A stretch of 64,000 nucleotides of DNA from Monocercomonoides exilis PA203. Its lineage: Eukaryota; Protista; Preaxostyla. Shown piece by piece: positions 1 through 13,322 of the stretch; position 1 is the stretch's first letter, and each line of letters starts with the position of its first letter. The position numbers and the translations under genes are program-made. Below the pieces are notes generated by a model. It did not search any database and was not told the DNA's origin. It worked only from the letters and a program-made list of their open reading frames with translations. The stretch spans positions 186,001-250,000 of the forward strand of contig LSRY02000055.1 of the NCBI GenBank assembly GCA_001643675.2, given 5' to 3'.

Positions 1-416
1 ATGAACAAACTGTTGCTTTTTTTTCTCTTCTTTGTTTTGTTCTTCAAAACAATTTATTGCCTCCTCTTCATGTGGCTAATAATATAAAAACTAATATTAT
101 TTTCATATTCAATACCAAGCATGTGGGATTCTTTCCGATATGTTCAACTACTCATTCGAAATTCAATCCATTTCCATGAAATGAATTATTGTTGGTTCGA
201 TCAGAAAGAAATTAAACTCTTTCGTATTTAGCTATATACTGCTAATACCATTGACTTCTTTGTGATTTCGATTTCACATTTATTTTTTAAAAGCAAAGGA
301 ATTCTTATTGGTCTGCTATATCTTTGCTTTGACAATCATCAATGTTTTTTGTAATTGCTTTTATGTTTTTTGTTTGAAATTTTGCTGTAAATTGATCTTT
401 GCTAATAATAGACTGA

Positions 417-1957
417 ATGGAAATGTATAATGCATACAAATCCGATAATGATGTTCAGGAGCTATCTCTTGAAGATATGTTTTCAAGTTTGCTCATTTTT
501 CTATTATTTGAGTGTTCAGCGTTTTCCATCATAAATAAATTTATTGAAGAATTGTTTTCTAAACTTATCCATTACGATGAAGAAGAGCAGAGACAGAAAA
601 TCCTTGAAATAAATGAACTTGTGGAGGAAATGAATAAAGAGGAACATAAATCTTTTTTCACAAAAATAAAGTTCAATAGAATAGACAAAATGATTGAAAT
701 AAAGAAAATGTCAATGGAAAATGCATTGTTGTTGTTGAAGCATATTGGACATCACAGAACATCCAAAAGAATTTTTATTAATGGTTTTGTGAATTCGTCA
801 TTGTGCTTTCGATTTGAGCAGATGATTGCCGATGAAAATGAGAAGAAGAAAGAAAGAAAAAACGAAAAGCTTCTGATCGAACTTTGCGAATGCTTTCTTT
901 TGATTAACGAAGGAATTTCTTCGAAATTACTTTCAATTTGCGTTCCTTGCCTTCTGAGATTTGTACTGAACAAGGAGAGAAACGATGAAGCACAAAAAGA
1001 AGTGGAAATGGCTTTGCTGGCTTTGAGCAACATTCATGAATTATATGTGTGTGCATTCCTATTCTTCTTATTTATATTTTTATTTTTATTTGTTAGAAAA
1101 TAGAAAAAGAGCTGTATTTTAATGAAATTAAAGATATCATCGAATATCATCAAGAACACAGAAATCTGACGCAACTTGCCTATCAGTGTGCATGGTTGTT
1201 TTTATTGAACAGATTAAGGTGCGATAATAGTTTGGAAGATGTTATTGCGAATGAGCTGCATTTTGGAAGAGAGGCAACCAGAGAATTAGAAGAGCTCACA
1301 AGAAATGCGAATTGGAAGAAGAAAGAAGAGGAAATGAGCAAAGAAGAAGCGAATGAAGTGCTGATAATCAAAAGATGGGTCAAAACATTGATGATTTATT
1401 TTTTCAATTATCGATTGAGGAATAAAGAACTTGTTGATCTTTTCCGCAGCATTATTCAGGTATATCGAACAGCAAAGGATAATTGCAGGGGAATTGGCAA
1501 AGAATGCATTTATTCCTTGAGAAACGCAGCAGGAAATTTTTATGTGAAAATTGAATACTTGTTGAGAAGTGGGGCTATAAGTGCTGTTTTGGAGGAGATT
1601 CAGCGGCCAACAATTGTCGACAAAATGGCAAAGGAAAGCTTGTTGTTCTTTACGAATGTTTCAAATCGATTGAAAGAAAAGAAGAAAAACGAAATGGAAG
1701 AAGAGGAAGAAGAAGAGGAGTTTGATGAGGGGGATGAAGAGAGAGATGATGAGAAGGAAGAGGAGAAGGAAGAAGAAGAAGAAGGGGAAGAGGAAGAGGA
1801 AGAAAGAAAAATAACAAAAAGGAAGGTTTTTGAAAAGATGGAAGAAGAAGGATACGAAGATATCATCACAAGCTTTCATGAAGCTTTAGAATATTTTAAA
1901 AGAAATTATTATCGTTCGTTATCTTTGAATATTTCTGATTATCTTGTGAATGTTTGA
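417..1957 (+). CDS. Lineage-specific helical/ARM-like repeat protein, spliced: join(417..1046,1097..1957)
   Basis: ORFs 417-1103 and 1196-1957 join in frame via a 50-nt GT..AG intron (1047-1096), giving ...NIHELY|KIEKELYFNEIKDIIEYHQEHRNLTQLAYQCAWLFL.... The C-terminus FEKMEEEGYEDII...ISDYLVNV matches a large oxymonad family I recognise and the paralogue at 6.7-7.6 kb. A further 33-nt in-frame intron (487-519) is possible. Confidence 0.75.
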
Positions 1958-2369
1958 GAAAATGTGATTTTTATTTATTTTGTTCCTCAAAAACTGCCTT
2001 TTTTAATACACTTCACAAAATGGCAAAAATATTTATTTGTTTTTTTTTTTTTTTTTTATTGGCATTTTTTTCATTTTTTGTGAAAAAGGAAATAAAGAAA
2101 AAGCAAAAATTCCATTCTTATTTTTTTTGATTATTTTCTTTATGGTTCTTCATCGAATGAATTGTTGCGCTTAATCTTCTTCAAATGGGACAGAAATTAT
2201 TCATTTATGAAAAATTCAATGATTTGTTCCAGTCTTTTTTTGCAATCATATAATTTCAAGACTTACATTGAAGTTCTATATTGAACATTAAAATATTTAC
2301 TAGTTGAGGAAAATCTTTGAAAGAACTATGTGGAACAAAATTCATAATGCAAAAAATTTCGTCCCAAAT

Positions 2370-3290
2370 AGAATCTTTTTATCATCTTTTTTCTTTCTTT
2401 CTTTCTTTTTTTAAACTTTTTTTCTTTTTTCACTTTTTTTCTTTCTTTTTCTTTCTTTCTTTTTCTTTTTCTTTCTTTTTTTTTACTTTTTTTCTTTTTG
2501 TTTTTATGAAAATTCAACTGTTCTGTTTATTTCCTCTTGAAACTTCTGGATAACTCTGATTTTTCTCTTTATCATCGCATTCTCAATGAAATTCGAGAAA
2601 GAAGAAGAAGAAGAAGAAGAAGAAGGAAGAGGAAGAGGAAGAAGAAGAAGAAGAAGAAGAAGAAGAAATCGAAATGTTCAAGTTAATTGGTGAAAAAGCC
2701 TCGGTGAAGATGAGAAAATGAGATAATTGATAATCTTATTGAGAAAAAAATAAGATTAAGAAGTTGAAAAATATCTTTTCTTTCTTCTTCTTCTCCTTCT
2801 CCTCCTCCTCCTCCTTCTTCTTCTTCTTCTTTTGATTCTTCTTCTTCTTCTTCAAATAATTCAAAAATTAAAAAAAAAAAAAATTCACCAAAAATAAATT
2901 CCCCCGTTCAGGGCCGTTCCAATTTTTTTCGGAGATAATTCCGCAACTCGGTTTAAAAACAGACATGTCAAATTGACAAAAGAAGAAGAAGAAAAGAAAG
3001 ATGGAAAAAAAAGTCGTGTGATACGTTGAAATTATGAAAAGAAGAAGAAGAAGAAGAGGATAGAGAAGAAGAGGAAGAAAATGAAGAAGGTGAAGAAGAA
3101 GAAGAAGAAGAAGAAGAAGAAGATGTTGATGAAGAAGACGAAGAAGGTGAAGAAGGTGAAGAAGGAGAAGAAGGAGAAGAAGAACGAGAAGCAGAAGAAG
3201 AAAAAAAAGAAGGCAATGAAGGAAAAGGAGGAGGAGAAGAAGAAGAGGAAGAAGAAGAAGAAGAAAAAAAGGAAGAGGAAGAAGAAGTTG
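2370..3290. repeat. Low-complexity T-rich and (GAA)n/(TTC)n tracts
   Basis: Runs of ttttc, gaagaa and tcttct; the overlapping ORFs are poly-F/K/E/S only. Confidence 0.85.
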
Positions 3291-3479
3291 TGTGGTATGA
3301 TGAAAATGCGCGAACAAAATGAGTTGTTGAAGATAAAGAAATGTCAAGATAAATGAAAACAAATAACAGAGGAGATGTTCGCAAAAGTTGATCTCTTCTG
3401 GTTTTTCCTTTTTTTCCTTTTTTTCCATTTTTTTTTCCCTCTTTTCCTCTGACATCTTCTGACAAAAACAAAATCGTTT

Positions 3480-4430
3480 AATTTCTCCCTCAACATCAAA
3501 CTTGGCCATCTTCAAACACACAAGCAAACTGTATCGATGGTGACAATATTCACAAACCTCAACAGCTCCTGCCACTTTTCTTTCTCTGCCTTAAATGCCC
3601 CTTTTCTTCATCAAACACGCTCTTCGCCAAATGCTTGCTGTTGTTCATATTGGAACTGAAACTGTTAGAAAATCACCTGGATGATTGGATTCTTTTGATC
3701 TGAGCAGCCATCGCTTTGAATGGTGTGAGCGGAATGATACAACTGGTGGTAGTGATCGGGGTGGAGCACTTTATGTTGTTAGCACAAACGCAAATCTCGA
3801 CATCATTTCTTGTTCGTTCAATAATTGTTCTTGCACAGGAGGATGTAGTGGTGGAGCGTTATACAGTTACTGTTTGCAAAATGAGAATATTGCAAAATCC
3901 AATTTTACAAACTGTTCTGCTCCTCATGGAGGAGCAACTTGCATAGCTTATCCACAATCCAGTTCTGTTTGGACATTCTTAGAAAACAGAGTGGAAAATT
4001 GTAAAATAACAGATTGGTGTGGAACTGGTTGGTTTTTTGCTATCAGCACCTTATCTTCAAACGGTCAATTTTTGTTTTCTGAATGCAAGTGCATTTCAAA
4101 CTCTGGTGGAGATGCAGCTGGTTCTTTAACATTTAATTGGCCTCCGAAAGAAAAACCAAATCAATTTTCAGTCAATGATTGTCAGTTTAGAAACAACAAA
4201 TTGACATCAAATTCAACTTCATGGGGAGGTGCTGCAATTTTCTTCTATTCGACTTATTCCTGGATGAATGGAGTAAAATTCATCACATTTTGTTTCTTCG
4301 ATGGCAACACTGCCAAAAATGACAGAGGAAAATGATGTGTTCTTCAGTGGAAATGCAATCACTTAATCTCCATTCCAGCAATGCGGCTCAACAACTCCAG
4401 TAAAAAGAATGTGATATCAGGGAGCAGATG
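3480..4430 (+). pseudogene. Divergent Pmp-like right-handed beta-helix protein pseudogene
   Basis: ORF 3685-4335 has GGALY/GGAT/GGAAIF and CSFNNC/CQFRNN/CFFDGN repeats. A frameshift near 4330 leads into NDVFFSGNAIT*SPFQQCGSTTP, which contains a TAA stop. There is no ATG start and the upstream part is degenerate. Confidence 0.7.
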
Positions 4431-4791
4431 CAATGCTCAATGCAACGGCTGGCTCCTGCTTTTTGCGTCTCTCACATTTTTTCCAATAAAAATGTCTTTT
4501 CATATTTCTTTTTCTTTCTTTTTTTTTTTCCTGTTATTTTTTTGCTTTCTTTCTTTGTGTTTTCTAACCTCGCCTCATTTCTTCTTTTCTTTTCTTCAAA
4601 CATATTTTTGATTTCTCCTGTAATTCAACGTTTTGTCTTCTTTTTTGTTCCGCTTTTCAATTTTTCCCTCTTCTCAACCATCTTCCTTTTCTCATCCAAA
4701 TAATCTCTTTTGTGCTGGACGCTCTTTCCATCGCTTCTCAAATTAAATTTCCAACTCATATTTGAAATTCGTTCATCTTCTTTCTTTCATT

Positions 4792-4792
<1 letters not shown>

Positions 4793-4843
<51 letters not shown>
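4793..4843 (+). repeat. Poly(A) tract, 51 nt
   Basis: Uninterrupted A run. Confidence 0.95.
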
Positions 4844-4845
<2 letters not shown>

Positions 4846-4930
4846 ACCCTCTTCCATTTTCTCAATTCCATTTCCTTTCTAAATCCCCCAGTTAAACGTG
4901 CTCTTCATTTTCTTTCTTTCTTTCTCATCT

Positions 4931-4961
<31 letters not shown>

Positions 4962-5159
4962 ATTTCCTTTTCTATTTTTCTATTTTCTTTTTTCTTTCTT
5001 TCTTTCTTTCTCTTTCTCTTTCTCTTTCTCCTCTTCTTTCATTCTTCTTCTTCTCATTTTAATTTATGTAAATTTCCTTCTGCTGCAAAATTTCTGTTTC
5101 TTTTTCATTTTTATCTTTATCTCTGATGATGAAACAGATCGTGAAGAAATCCAATCAGA

Positions 5160-5445
5160 TGAAGTGAATGAAGAAGAAGAAGAAGAAGAAGAAGAAGAAG
5201 GAGAAGGAGAAGGAGAAGGAGAAGGAGAAGGAGATGATGATGATGATGAAGATGAAGAAGAAAAATAAGAAGAAAAATAAGATAATGATATCGAAAACAT
5301 AATAAAGAAAAGAGAAGAAGAAGAAGAAGAAGAAGAAGAAGAAGAAGAAGAAGAAGAAGGAAAAGAAAGAGGAAGAGAAGAAGAAGAAGAAGTTGTGCAA
5401 AATGTCAATGATATATTTGAAGAAGAGGAAGATGATGATAATGAA
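5160..5445 (+). repeat. (GAA)n/(GAAGGA)n/(GAT)n low-complexity tract
   Basis: Visible trinucleotide and hexanucleotide runs. Confidence 0.85.
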
Positions 5446-6089
5446 TAAATGACATGAAATGTTTGATTGTTGAAAATTGAGAAGATGAGTGTCAATTAAT
5501 GCCAACCGAGAAATTCATTGAAATTCTCTTTTTCTGGATTTTGTCTTCTTCTGGCAAATAATTGTCTCTGAACCCTTTTCACTTTCAGCTCAATCTTTTT
5601 CTCTCTCTCCAACAAAAAAAATATGAAATATTGAGTAATCTCTTTTTCATTTCATCTTTTCTTCTTTCACTTCCCCTTCTTTCACAAAAAATCACCTTTC
5701 CTCAAAAATAATTCTTTGTCAAAGCCCAACGCCAGGCATCTTCGAAATATCTCGCATTTCATCAATCTTCATTTCATTTTTCTTCCCTGCTTTCCTTATT
5801 CAAAGCGATCGAATCCCTCATCCTTTCAGCATTCTTAAAAAAAATAATAATCACTTCAAAAAAATAACGACAGCAAACCTTTTAAACATTTTTAAAGATA
5901 ATTTTCTGTTTTTCATCCCATTTTCAATGCTCGTTTCCCTCCAATTCAATTTCATTATTCCTTCCTTTTTTCAACTGTTTCAGCCTGATTCTCCATTTAT
6001 TTTTTCCAATAGTCGTATTTCCCTCGAATGCTTCGATTTCTGCACCTTCTGATAAATGTGAGATTTGTGTTGTTTGTTCATTATATTAT

Positions 6090-6390
6090 TCATATTTCTT
6101 CACTTTGGAAAGGATACAGATGGAAATATCTTCACAACAAAAAGAACAACAAAAAGTACATGCACAACGTCTTGTGTTATTAATAAAACTGTTGAATTTC
6201 GTTGATCAATCATTCTACAAAAATCAAAAGGCAAAATTTTAAAACCGATGCATTACCATCATTGTCTGGCTCTTCCACAAGAATTAATATTCCTAGTTCA
6301 ATAGGTAATGTTCATTCACGGATTTCTCAATCGGTGCATGAATATTTTCGATTCTTGAATGATAAATGATCAAAAAATCCATAACATACA
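6090..6390 (-). repeat. Dispersed repeat family R, diverged partial copy
   Basis: cactttggaaaggatacagatggaaatatcttcac...ggtaatgttcattcacggatttctca aligns with 27025-27320 and 40380-40670. Confidence 0.8.
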
Positions 6391-6674
6391 ATTTTATTGA
6401 TCGGTTTAATTGGAGTTTTGAAGAAATATCACAAAATCTCTTTCTTTTACTGTATGATGTCTATGCAAATATATTGAAACTTTTTTGAGCTTTTTTTGTT
6501 TTTCGTGCATTTCTTCTGACAAAATAATTGCTTGTCAAATATGAACATTCAAACGCCATTTTTTTGAATTCAATACTATTTTTTTAAGATGCAGAGAAAA
6601 ATCATTTACAGCAAATTTGATGGTTTGCAGATATTGTTGAACTTGAATTCTTGTTTATAAAAAATTTTTTATAT

Positions 6675-7592
6675 GAAATTTAGAATTATTATCTGAACTT
6701 GAGAAATGCAATGAAGAAGAACAGAAAAAGAAAATCGAAGAGATGAATGAAATAATTGATAGAATGGAGAAAGAAGAATTTATATTTGTTTTTTCAGAAA
6801 AACTGTTCAACAAAATCAACAAAATGATTGAAATAAAGAAACTATCAATAGAAAATGCAATTTTGTTGCTAAAGATAGCATTGATGAAGCAATTTCCTAT
6901 GAGCTTCGTTTTGGGAGTGGTGTTTCAAAAGAATTGGAAGATTTGATTGAAAAAATTGAAAAAAATAAAAAAAATAGAAAAAATTGAGAATCAGAGACAA
7001 AAAGGAAAAAAACGATTAATAGAAACAGAAGAAGAAGAGCTTCTGTTGGAAAGATGGTTTGATTCGATGAATCGAATTTCATTTTCAGGGGAATATGAAA
7101 TTGAACAATGTGTTGGAGTTATTAGCAGATTTGTAAGGCTGTTTCAAGAGGCAAGTGAAAATTTCAGAGATATTTATTATCAGTGTTTAAATCAATTATG
7201 AAAAATAGCAGGAAAATGTTGTGTGACGTTTAACAGAATACTGAAAGGGAAGGCATTTGAAACTGTTTTTGAGGGCATTCAGCAACCAACATTTGAAAAT
7301 AGAATCGCATTTGATTGCATGCATTTTTTAATATTTTTTGCATGGCGATTGAAAAGAAAGGATAAAAATGAAGGAGAAAAAGAATAAAATTAATTGGGCA
7401 GAGAATGAAGGCTTCGAAATGGAAAAACAGAAAAGAATTGAATTGAAAAGAAAAATATTTGAAATAATGGAAGAAGAAGGATACGAAGATGCCATCACTT
7501 GTTTTTTCGAAATAATTCGTTTTCTGAACAAAGAAAATAAAAGAAAAAGATTGTCTTTGGATATTTCGGATTATTTTGTTTATGTTTTGTGA
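6675..7592 (+). pseudogene. Degenerate, internally deleted paralogue of the 417-1957 gene
   Basis: KMIEIKKLSIENAILLLK jumps directly to a YELRFG..KELEDL segment. Several frameshifts and stops follow, and it ends IFEIMEEEGYEDAI...LSLDISDYFVYVL. Confidence 0.8.
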
Positions 7593-7652
7593 AATGAAAC
7601 TCTTTGAATATTCTTTGAACTCAAAAATGATTTCTTTATTTTTTTATTTCTT

Positions 7653-7692
<40 letters not shown>

Positions 7693-10600
7693 CATTTCAC
7701 ATTTCAACAAGCAATTGTGTTATTTTGAAAATGACTTTTTATCAAAACTTTGAAATGGAGAAAAACAATAAAATAGACAAAAAAGAAGAAGAACATTTAA
7801 AATGACAAACATTTTTGGGTCAATCACACCTCATCCGTCTGTTTCAATCAGATTTTCCAAATATTTTGAGAAGAGGAAGAAATAAAGTTGTTGTCGACAA
7901 TGATTTCATATTCCAACAAATGCAGCAATCAAATAGAACCAATGATGGCAGGGGAAGGATATTTATCATTGATTGAATGGCAAATAAAAGTCTCTTTGTC
8001 TTTTCATATCGTTTCTTTGGTTGAGTTTCTAAACTGCAGATGAAATAGGTGGTTGAGCAATGAATATATCGGAGAAATATGCAGAATTTCTTTGGAGGAG
8101 GACAATAATATGCTTGGTCGAAAATCATGTTCTGAGGCTCCAACAACGCTTCTTTGGAGGGAACGGAGAATTTCTCAAAAGGATCAGTGAAAAATCATCA
8201 AGACTCAATCTCCAAAAATGCTTGCGAAAAGCTTCATCAGCTCAATCCATGATACGAATTATTGCATTTCGCACATTTTTTGAGACAAACAAATCGCTCT
8301 GTCCAAATCAACGGAGATATTGTGACAAGCAACCAAAAAATCGTCATTGGCTCAAGTCAGCAAAGGCTTCGAAGAGAAAATATCGGATATATGCGAGGCC
8401 GTGTAACAATACTCCGAGTATTCTCATTCCACGTGATTTGTGAAAGATTCGGTGTTGCATTGTTTTGAAAAAAAAAATATAAATTCAAATACTGCATCGG
8501 TTGTTGTCCAAAAAAAAAACAGTGCATGAAATCCATGTGGCAGAATTCACATTTGGCGATATGCAACCGGTATTTCGAGCAATCGCACACAATCTTGAAT
8601 GTTCGTGATAACACCTCGTTTCTTGTTGTTTCCCCTCCTTTCACACAAAACACAAATTGGAAAGATTCCGTGAAGCTGCTCATGCGCCAGACTCTGTTGG
8701 TGGATGCCCAGTAACAGTGAGTGTCTTTTTGTGGAACAACTGCTGGAACAATGAGAATGAGGAAAGTTAGTGATTTCGATACAAAACTGTTTATTGTTCG
8801 TGCCAAAGAAGACATGTCATTTCAGGTAATGAAGCACCTGGCAAACCTCTCCATTCTGCTCGCGATGTCACATCGTTGCTCAGAAAGTATTCGGTGTTTC
8901 TGGAGAAAAAAAATAAGTTTTGTTCTCACCCAATCACATTCCAACTTACACTTCGATCAATAAAACAAAAAAATTCAATCCACTTGAATTCAACAAAAAA
9001 ATAAAGATAATAAATTATTGTTGACTGTTGTTCGGTTGCAAAAGGCGAGTTTTGTATTGGTTCCTTTTTTGATAAAAAAATATTTGTTTAAAACGAAATA
9101 TTAATCATTAAAAGGAATTTGGACAAGATAACAGTGAATCCGCATACCGTGATATCTTTAACACTTTGCCTGACTATTTTGTTGATTTGAACAAAAAAAG
9201 TCATATTTTCCATTTTTTGATTTGAAAGAATAACAGTGATTCAGAAAATAAAACATTCTTCAACAAGAATAAAAAATCTAATAAAATGATTTTTTTTTTT
9301 GTAAAAAATGTAATATTTGATTTGAATGATTTATTGAACTGAGAATACATTTCCTGATAAAAATCCTTTAGAAATTGAAATTTTGTACTCCGTCGAGTTC
9401 AGTAGCATTATCTCTTCAAGGTTGAAACATATTTTCATTTCAGTCAATGAGATGGAGAATGAATGACAGAAAGAAATATGAGATAAAATATGGAACTTCA
9501 ATCACTTATTATGATAATTTTGAATTGTGAACAAAATTTATTGTTTTCAATAAAATTCACTTTAAATAGAAATTGTTTGAAAAACACATATTTCTTGTTT
9601 CCAAACTATATTTCATCACAATTTTTGAATTTCACAGCAAACTTGAAAAATCGATTTATTCATGACTTTCCGCCAGAATGTTGAGTTTATTTGGAGAAGA
9701 GAAGTCATGATGAATTGTGCAGAAAATACGCTTGAAAATCAATATTTTTCTGAACTCGGATATTTGTTTTGCACGTGAATTAATGAATTGAAAAATTTGT
9801 GATTTCAACAAAAATGATTATTTCATGGAACATGAAAATTTCCTTTGAAGGACTCAACACACATTCACCCATTTGTTATTCAAAAGAAAAAATCATTCCA
9901 AACAGATTGATTCTTTTACTGATGAAGAATATAGGTGATTCTTTTTGATTTCATTTTTTCTATCAAAATATTGGAATCTACAATTTGTCGCAAATACAAA
10001 TGAATCTATCTAATATTGAAATGAAAATCATAAATGAACTTTTCTGTCTTTCAATGACAACATAAATCTGAGAGACAATAATTTGAAAACATGTGATACT
10101 GTTTTGAAAATTCTTTTGCAAATAACTGCGAATCAGAAAATAACACATTCCCCGAAAAATGTTATGATTTTAAAAATAATCATCCATATTCTCATATGAA
10201 AGTTTTCCTCTATTTAATCGTTAATATTTTGATTGAACCCTTGTGTTTCAGTTGAGTGTTCGAATAGAAGTGAAAAAAGCAAAAACACTCGATCCATTCA
10301 AATAATAACAAACACATCACTGAAAACATTTTCAACTCAATGAGAGATTCAGCTAGATTTTTTGGGTGATTATTTTTGAAATCATATTTCTCATCCATGA
10401 TTGTTATTCAACAAAAACAGCATCATTCATATGAATCCTCATCATTTCTATTTTTTGATTGTTTTTAGAAAAAGTTATTCAGTCATGAACACAATTCAAT
10501 AGATGATTTGAAAAAAAAAAGAAAAAAAACGTTGGAAATATTTTTTTTTCAAAAACAAAGTGATGAAATCTCATAAAGTCTGAAATAATAATTCAAATTT

Positions 10601-11257
10601 TGATAATATTGAAAATTTTCGTTCTGTCTTAAAATTCGTCTGTTATTTTTTGATCCTTCTTTGAATTTATTTAATGAAATCAAGAAACAAGAATCAAACC
10701 AATTCATTAATTATTTGCAATCGAAAATAGGAATTATTCATTCAAATATCTCTTCTATGATAAAAAAAGGAATGAAAGAAAACATATGAAAATTCTGAAA
10801 AACAAAAAAACAAAAAGAATATTAAAGATAATGATTTAAACAAAAATACAAAGAATGAGATTATTCTGTTGAAGGTGAAAACGATTATTTGTTAGGCATA
10901 AGAATTTCATTCTTTTGTGTAATATTCACAAGATGATTAACATTTCATGAAAAGAATTATTTTCAATATTTCTTTATCAACAATCTTTTCTCTTTTCTTG
11001 AACTCAGAAAAATTGCATTGAAGAGGTTTTTCTTCTTTCCCTCCTTTTTCATTTATTCTTGAAAAATAACAAATATTTGAATTTTTGAAAAATTATTTCT
11101 TTTTTTCTTCACATAAAAAAAATCCATAAAAATTATTGTGAAATGAAAACAATATGCATTTGAAAACAAAACTCCAAATATTTAAATAAAAGAAATTTGC
11201 AAATCAAATCTTTTTTGTAATTATTATGTATATTTTTTATTTAATATATTACTCCAT

Positions 11258-12841
11258 TTATAATATGACTAACTTGCTTCTTGAATAAAGTGGAAATGTC
11301 CCACTTTTATCAGACGCCACAACCACACTCGGTGAAAAAGGATTTATATTTGAGTTGCAGTCAACCTTCATGTGCAATAAACCAAGGTTTCCTGTCGTCA
11401 CGCTGAACAGCGTTCCTACCGATGAAAGGGCTCCTGTTCCAATCGAACTCTCCACCCTTCCTTTCCCAATAACTGAAATCTTCTTTTCTCCAATATCAAT
11501 TGTTGTTGCCTCGCTTGTGTGATTCCCATCCATCAGCGTGATTGTCAAGCTAATCTGCACCTCACACATCTCAAGCGCCTTCTTCACTGTCAGACACGGA
11601 AATGTTGTATTTGCCCCACAAAGTGGAATTGTATCATTTCCATTCACCGAAACGTATATCGTCTTGTCCTTCAGCCAATCCTTTTTTGATGTTTGATCAT
11701 ATGTCCAAACACCAGCGTTCGAGTAGTTATACACATAGCACACTCTTCTATCATCGCTGTTGGTGGAATAGCTTTCGCAAAACGGATTCCCCTCATTCAA
11801 AAAAACATTGTATTTATCAACATAAAATGTATCATTACCATTGGGAGGATTGGCTGAGCACTTGCATTCATGAAAAAATAGGAAATAACAATAGCACCTA
11901 TCAACTAGTCCCGTTGCTTGATTTGGCTCCAATCTCATTCCCCCACCTTGTGACAAAGCTGTACAGGAGATAAACTGAACGCTCCTCATTTTGAATTGAT
12001 TAGGAACAGAAGCGCAATACATTCCTCCTCCATTTGATCCAGAAAGTGAGCATGAAGTGAAACTGCAGTCGAACACACACGCACTCTCCCCTCCCTCATT
12101 TTCTTCTCCTATGCAATTTGTTCCAGATACCTGAAAACTTTCAAGAAGAAGTCCACCTCCTAATCCACTAGCTTTACAATTCTGGAATTCACATCCGCTG
12201 ATCCGAACACATGTCGAAATCACATTCACATACATACCTCCTCCGTAATGGTTTTGTGCTGTACAGGCATTGAACACATTATTTTCGATACGCACAGATT
12301 TGATTGTATGACACATAATCCCTCCACCACGGATGTATGCAAAACAGTTATTAAACAGACAATTCGAAACTGAAAGTTCTCCATTTCCCTTGTTGTACAT
12401 GTAAATAGCTCCTCCACTCGATTTTCCATCCGTCCATGAATCGCTTTCTCCTGTTGTTCTCGAACCACTCCATTCGCACCAAGTGAATGAATTTGCTCCA
12501 TTTTCTGTTTCGTTTTGCCTCCCTGGCTGTTTCTTATTATCTGCATTTCCTTCACATTCAACATTTCTTGTCCGACAACACCCAATGAATGATGTGTTCG
12601 AGACAGTCAGAGAGGCATAGGGGCTGTTCAGAGAAGGGACAATCCCGCCATCATATACGTCACAAATTGATGAGAATGAGCAACTGCTCATCAGACATGT
12701 GGTTTGGGTTGACATTGTGGTTGAAGGCAAACATGCATCATTTGCTGTTGAAATATTGAAAAATGTGAGTTTGGAGAGGGATATAAGGGGAATGGAAGGC
12801 GACGAGAGAAATGCCGTTGAAGATGAGAAATGCGATTCTCT
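11258..12841 (-). pseudogene. Beta-helix cassette A (open core, no signal peptide, truncated C-terminus)
   Basis: 490-codon ORF with C-x-F-x-x-C...GGG repeats. Family homology (ESHFSS..FLSSPSIPLISLSKLTFFNISTAN) extends upstream to an in-frame TAG at ~12842. The first ATG is internal (12716). Confidence 0.8.
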
Positions 12842-13194
12842 CTAAGAAAATTCTTCCTTTTTCCTTTTCCCACTTGCAATGTGCTTGTCTTGAATGCACG
12901 CACAATGAAGCAGTATTCCCGGAAAAGTCCAAGTCTCTTTTCCAATCTCTTCCACAGCTTCTGACATGCATGCTGAACTCATATCCATTTTTGGTTGTTG
13001 TTAACTTCTGCCTTTTTTTTCCATATTCCATTCGCATCCATTCATTTTGAATGTTCGTGCAAAAGTCCCTGCTATCATTTTAAAAATATATATTTATAAA
13101 AACAAAATTTTTAATAATTATTTAAATACAAAAATGCAATATTAAAAAATATTTATATTAAAAACGAAAAATCAGTACCATTTTCTTTTCAAAA

Positions 13195-13322
13195 TCTTCT
13201 TCTTCTTCTTCTTCTTCTTCTTCCGCTTCTTCTTCCGCTTCTTCTTCTTCTTCCGCTTCTTCTTCTTCTTCCGCTTCTTCTTCCGCTTCTTCTTCCGCTT
13301 CTTCTTCTTCTTCTGCCTCTGC
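13195..13322. repeat. (TTC)n/(TTCCGC) tandem tract
   Basis: Repeated cttcttccg units (EEEA on the minus strand). Confidence 0.85.

Noticed and set aside
4360-4372. TAA read as Gln (alternative code known in some oxymonads)
   Set aside because: ORFs of 500-830 codons contain no internal TAA/TAG and use CAA/CAG for Gln. This TAA lies in an already frameshifted pseudogene.
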